NCBI GenBank assembly: GCA_965263355.1 | Contig: CBDHHL010000032.1 | Location: forward strand, 3,456,001-3,520,000 | Length of the DNA stretch: 64,000 nt | DNA from: Leptolyngbyaceae cyanobacterium | Lineage (GTDB): Bacteria; Cyanobacteriota; Cyanobacteriia; Phormidesmidales; Phormidesmidaceae | Direction of reading: 5' to 3' | Shown: positions 60,828-64,000 of the stretch, one piece after another | Layout of the letters: each line of letters opens with the position of its first letter | Numbering within the stretch: position 1 is the stretch's first letter | Made by a program: the position numbers and the translations under genes | The notes under the pieces: model-generated | What the model saw: only the letters and a program-made list of their open reading frames with translations | Databases searched by the model: none | What the model was told of the DNA's origin: nothing

Positions 60828-62513
60828 ATCGAAACCATCTATGGTGAGCTAAAGGGTCTCAAACCTAGTCAGCTCAAACAACTACGTCGTCTATACCATC
60901 AGCGCATTCCCGGTAGCCAAATCACTAACCGTGAATTTGCTCAGCGTTTGGCGGCCATCAGCACTGATATCAATCAACCGGTGTGTGCCTACATTGACCG
61001 GCGGGGCCATGTGCTCCGTGTTGGTGTTGGTTCCCCTCGGCAAACACAGATTCCTGCAATGGAGCTGCCGCGCTATGGTGCCGAACGTCTGTGTGGTATT
61101 CGCTGCATTGCCACTCAGCTAAAGTTGGAAAAACCTGATAATGCTGCTTTGACAGCCATGGCCCTACAACGGTTAGATGCCTTGGTAATGCTGACACTTA
61201 CTGGCAGCGGTTTTCAACGAAAAGGGGGGGGCGCAACCGGGTACATTCGTGATGCCTACCTGGCTCATTTGGTACCGGACGAAACCCAACGTTGGTCAGT
61301 GTCTGATCCGATGGACCTGGAGAGTATCAGCCTTGAAGACTTTGCCGCTCTGACTGAAGGCCTAGAGGAAGAATTTCGGCGACTATTTGTGGCACAGCAG
61401 GTGGATGCTAGCCATGATCGGGTACTACTAGTGGGGTTACAAACAGATCGCATTTCGGCACGGCGGTTTAAAAGTGGCCTGGAAGAAATCGTGCGTTTGG
61501 TGGAAACTGCTGGGGGAGAGGTTTTAGAAACACTAAAACAAAAGCGGTCAAAACCTCACCCTCAAACTGTACTGGGGGCGGGTAAAGTCGATGAGGTGGC
61601 CTTAGAAGCGCAAACCCTAGGGGCGAGCCTAGTGGTATTTGATCGAGATCTCTCTCCGGCGCAAGTACGCAGTTTGGAGCAACGGATTGGGGTACGGGTG
61701 GTAGATCGTACAGAACTGATTTTGGATATTTTTGCGCAGCGGGCGCGGACGGGTGAGGGAAAGTTACAGGTGGAACTGGCTCAGTTGGAGTATCAGTTAC
61801 CAAAGTTAACCGGTCGGGGACAGGCAATGTCTCGACTAGGGGGTGGTATTGGTACTCGGGGGCCTGGTGAGACAAAGCTAGAAACTGAGCGACGGGCTAT
61901 TCAAAAACGGATTACGCGGCTGCAGCGGGAGGTGACTCAGCTCCAGGCTCACCGATCCCGTTTACGACAAAATCGTCAACACCATGAGGTCCCCTCGGTG
62001 GCGGTGGTGGGATATACAAATGCGGGTAAGTCAACGTTGTTGAATACACTGACCAATGCCGAGATTTATGCGGCGGATCAGTTGTTTGCGACGTTAGATC
62101 CGACAACAAAGAGATTGTCGGTGATAGACCGTGAGACCCATGAGAAGAGATCGATGGTCCTCACTGACACGGTAGGGTTTATTCAGGATTTACCGTCATC
62201 TCTGATGGATGCGTTTCGGGCCACGTTAGAGGAAGTAACAGAAGCGGATGCGTTAATGCATGTGGTGGATTTGTCCCACCCGGCCTGGCAGGACCATATT
62301 CGGTCAGTGATGGGAATTTTGGGACAGATGCCAACAACTCCGGGGCCAATTTTGTTGGTGTTTAATAAGTTGGATGCGGTAGATAGTGATACCCTCGCTG
62401 TTGCGAAAGATGAGTATCCACAGGCGTTGTTTATTTCGGCGGCACAGAAACTGGGGTTGGAGACGCTGCGACAGCGGTTGGTGCAGTTAGTGGATTATGC
62501 GATCGCACGCTAA
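60828..62513 (+). CDS. hflX: Ribosome-splitting GTPase HflX, long cyanobacterial form; probable non-canonical ATC start at 60828
   Basis: GIGTRGPGE, GYTNAGKS, LFATLD, DTVGF and NKLD; 40 extra in-frame codons (IETIYGELKGLKPSQLKQL...) upstream of TTG 60948. Confidence 0.93.
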   Translation: METIYGELKGLKPSQLKQLRRLYHQRIPGSQITNREFAQRLAAISTDINQPVCAYIDRRGHVLRVGVGSPRQTQIPAMELPRYGAERLCGIRCIATQLKLEKPDNAALTAMALQRLDALVMLTLTGSGFQRKGGGATGYIRDAYLAHLVPDETQRWSVSDPMDLESISLEDFAALTEGLEEEFRRLFVAQQVDASHDRVLLVGLQTDRISARRFKSGLEEIVRLVETAGGEVLETLKQKRSKPHPQTVLGAGKVDEVALEAQTLGASLVVFDRDLSPAQVRSLEQRIGVRVVDRTELILDIFAQRARTGEGKLQVELAQLEYQLPKLTGRGQAMSRLGGGIGTRGPGETKLETERRAIQKRITRLQREVTQLQAHRSRLRQNRQHHEVPSVAVVGYTNAGKSTLLNTLTNAEIYAADQLFATLDPTTKRLSVIDRETHEKRSMVLTDTVGFIQDLPSSLMDAFRATLEEVTEADALMHVVDLSHPAWQDHIRSVMGILGQMPTTPGPILLVFNKLDAVDSDTLAVAKDEYPQALFISAAQKLGLETLRQRLVQLVDYAIAR

Positions 62514-62586
62514 TAAACCTTTTCCACGTCCAGAAATGGATTGTCTTCAGCAAGAAACTTCCAGATTTTAACTTGGACGTGGTTTA
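62514..62586 (+). repeat. ~73-bp dispersed MITE-like repeat, copy 5
   Basis: TAAACCTTTTCCACGTCCAGAA...AACTTGGACGTGGTTTA. Confidence 0.75.
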
Positions 62587-62602
62587 CCCTTCTTGCCTAC
62601 GA

Positions 62603-62914
62603 TCAAACTCTAAATGGTTCTGATTTGTCATCAAAGTGTAAGGGTAAGACACTTTCAATATTTTCAGTTGGGTGAGGAACGATGTAGTGGGAGGTGGCTT
62701 TTCCATTATTAGGGCAGTTATTAGCAGCGGTTATCCCTGCCTCCATGGCCCTATTGACCTCACCCACACGCCCGCGAATCCTAACAAACTGATGCCCACT
62801 ATCGGCTTGACTAATCCCTAAAAGGGAAACCCGACCTGCTTTAACCATGGCATCTGCCGCTGCTAGTGAAGCTGGATATCCGTGGGTTTCGATTACACCG
62901 ATAGCGTAAAGCAT
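62603..62914 (-). CDS. ccmK: Carboxysome shell BMC-H protein, CcmK3-like
   Basis: AIGVIET.GYPA.LAAADAMVKAGRV...RG.VGEV...HYIVPHP.EN...LP...EPFR. Confidence 0.85.
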   Translation of the reverse strand: MLYAIGVIETHGYPASLAAADAMVKAGRVSLLGISQADSGHQFVRIRGRVGEVNRAMEAGITAANNCPNNGKATSHYIVPHPTENIESVLPLHFDDKSEPFRV

Positions 62915-63157
62915 GGGAAAGGGTCCTAGTATAAAGCTGCCTTTCCCAATATACCTGAGACTCGACACCTGACACTCCACCTTGGCATGTTTATTGCGGC
63001 AGCTCAGAAGCAAAGATTAGAGAGGTTGCGACAGCATTTGGTGAAGCTGATTGATGCTGCTGTGACAGGCTAATAGCGTCAGATTTTAGGCAACCTAGAT
63101 AAAATAGGCAGTAGACCATCATTTCAGTCGAACCCTACGGTGACTCAGACTGCACGC

Positions 63158-63271
63158 TCAGTGGTAACGCTGGTCGACAAGTTGAGCAGAAGTCAGCAAA
63201 AGTTTTTCAGCACCTAAATCAGCATAGAGTCGTACACCTTCAAATTCGATTGTGACTTGGCTATAAATCAT
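63158..63271 (-). pseudogene. Short XisH-like fragment
   Basis: TIEFEGVRLYADLGAEKLL resembles the DLGAEK motif of XisH proteins; only 37 codons. Confidence 0.5.
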
Positions 63272-63563
63272 TTTGATAGATATTTCTCTCAAAACTTATC
63301 TCAACTACTGTTGAGGCAAAAATCAAGTTTCATTATGTCTGGCTAACCGTTGCTCATCACCCGCCGCAGATAACCGTTGAATTCCAACAGAAAACTTCTC
63401 TGCGGTCAGTGTGCATGGGCTTTGTTAGGTTTCGATCGCTTGTTTCAAAACTGTGTATAAAAATGATAACTTCCAATCAATTGATTCATGTAATGACATT
63501 AACTTCCTCCAGAAACGTACCCTACAACAGCTTGCTTGAGTAACGCTTCTATTCGGCCTTTTT

Positions 63564-64000
63564 CTATGACAACAAGCTCCCTAACCGACTTAAAACAGCC
63601 TGGGCTGCCAACCGTCCTGATTGCGCCGCACCTTCCATATAGCCCTGATATTCATCGCTGGTGTGTTCTCCAGCGAAAATCAAGTTCCCGACGGCAAATT
63701 CCTGCTCGTAGTCTCCTTCGAGGTAAACATAGTCTTCCATAAACCCAGTATATTGTCCCGGTTTCCAGCAAGCGTAGCTACCTAGGGCATAATTATGAGT
63801 CGGCCAGTGTAGACGAGTCGCTTTTCCATTCAGGCTTCGGTTAAACCGGGAATCAGGTCATCGAGCATTTGCGTATAGACTCGGGCATTCTCTCGAACAC
63901 TATAACGCTTGCTGTCAAACCCAATATCTCCTCCTAGATAAAAGGTAAGGGATCCAATTTCTGTTTCTTGCAATTGCGTGGTTTCAAAGAAGGTTTGGTA
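63564..64000 (-). pseudogene. 3' part of flavin monoamine-oxidase-family gene with a 1-nt frameshift near 63831
   Basis: Frame 1 ends ...DDLIPGLTEA*; the shifted frame continues NGKATRLHWPTHNYALGSY...IFAGEHTS..QGYMEGAAQSGRLAA. Confidence 0.8.

Larger units (their letters stand above)
1123..62506. repeat. HIP1 octamer GCGATCGC, dispersed (roughly 25 copies by eye)
   Basis: Examples at 1123, 4486, 22329 and 62499; hallmark of many cyanobacterial genomes. Confidence 0.9.

Noticed and set aside
1..64000. tRNA/rRNA genes and the many short overlapping ORFs in the track
   Set aside because: No tRNA or rRNA signatures were seen, and the short ORFs overlap well-supported genes and lack recognisable motifs.

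Overview
This is a 64-kb chromosomal window from a cyanobacterium. The evidence is abundant HIP1 GCGATCGC octamers plus CcmK-type, CurT/CAAD, group-2 sigma and gpgS genes; a filamentous Leptolyngbya-like organism is only a guess. Most of it is ordinary housekeeping and metabolic content: glgP, an RND pump, glmS, ttcA, rfbCDAB, nudC, an ECF sigma/anti-sigma pair, priA, gpgS and hflX. The stand-out is a candidate immune-like locus at 13.2-17.6 kb. An LRR-Roc-COR (Roco) gene carries 23 tandem 69-bp repeats that are identical except at 4 nucleotides. All four changes are non-synonymous and fall at the concave-face positions of LxxLxLxxN. The extreme C-terminus of the Roco protein (IIQQGDGDNVAGDLIEGNK) is matched by a motif in the next gene (INQYGSGDNIAGDKVMGDK), which suggests receptor-to-effector coupling of the amyloid-signalling type. 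The Roco gene has two compensating frameshifts that may be real or assembly errors. Other observations are an in-frame dioxygenase/glutathionyl-hydroquinone-reductase chimera, five copies of a ~73-bp dispersed element, GTAG-type palindromes (one inside priA), a structured-RNA candidate, a probable ATC start for hflX, an IS1380 remnant and a frameshifted amine oxidase. All product calls come from recognising motifs by eye; no searches were run.
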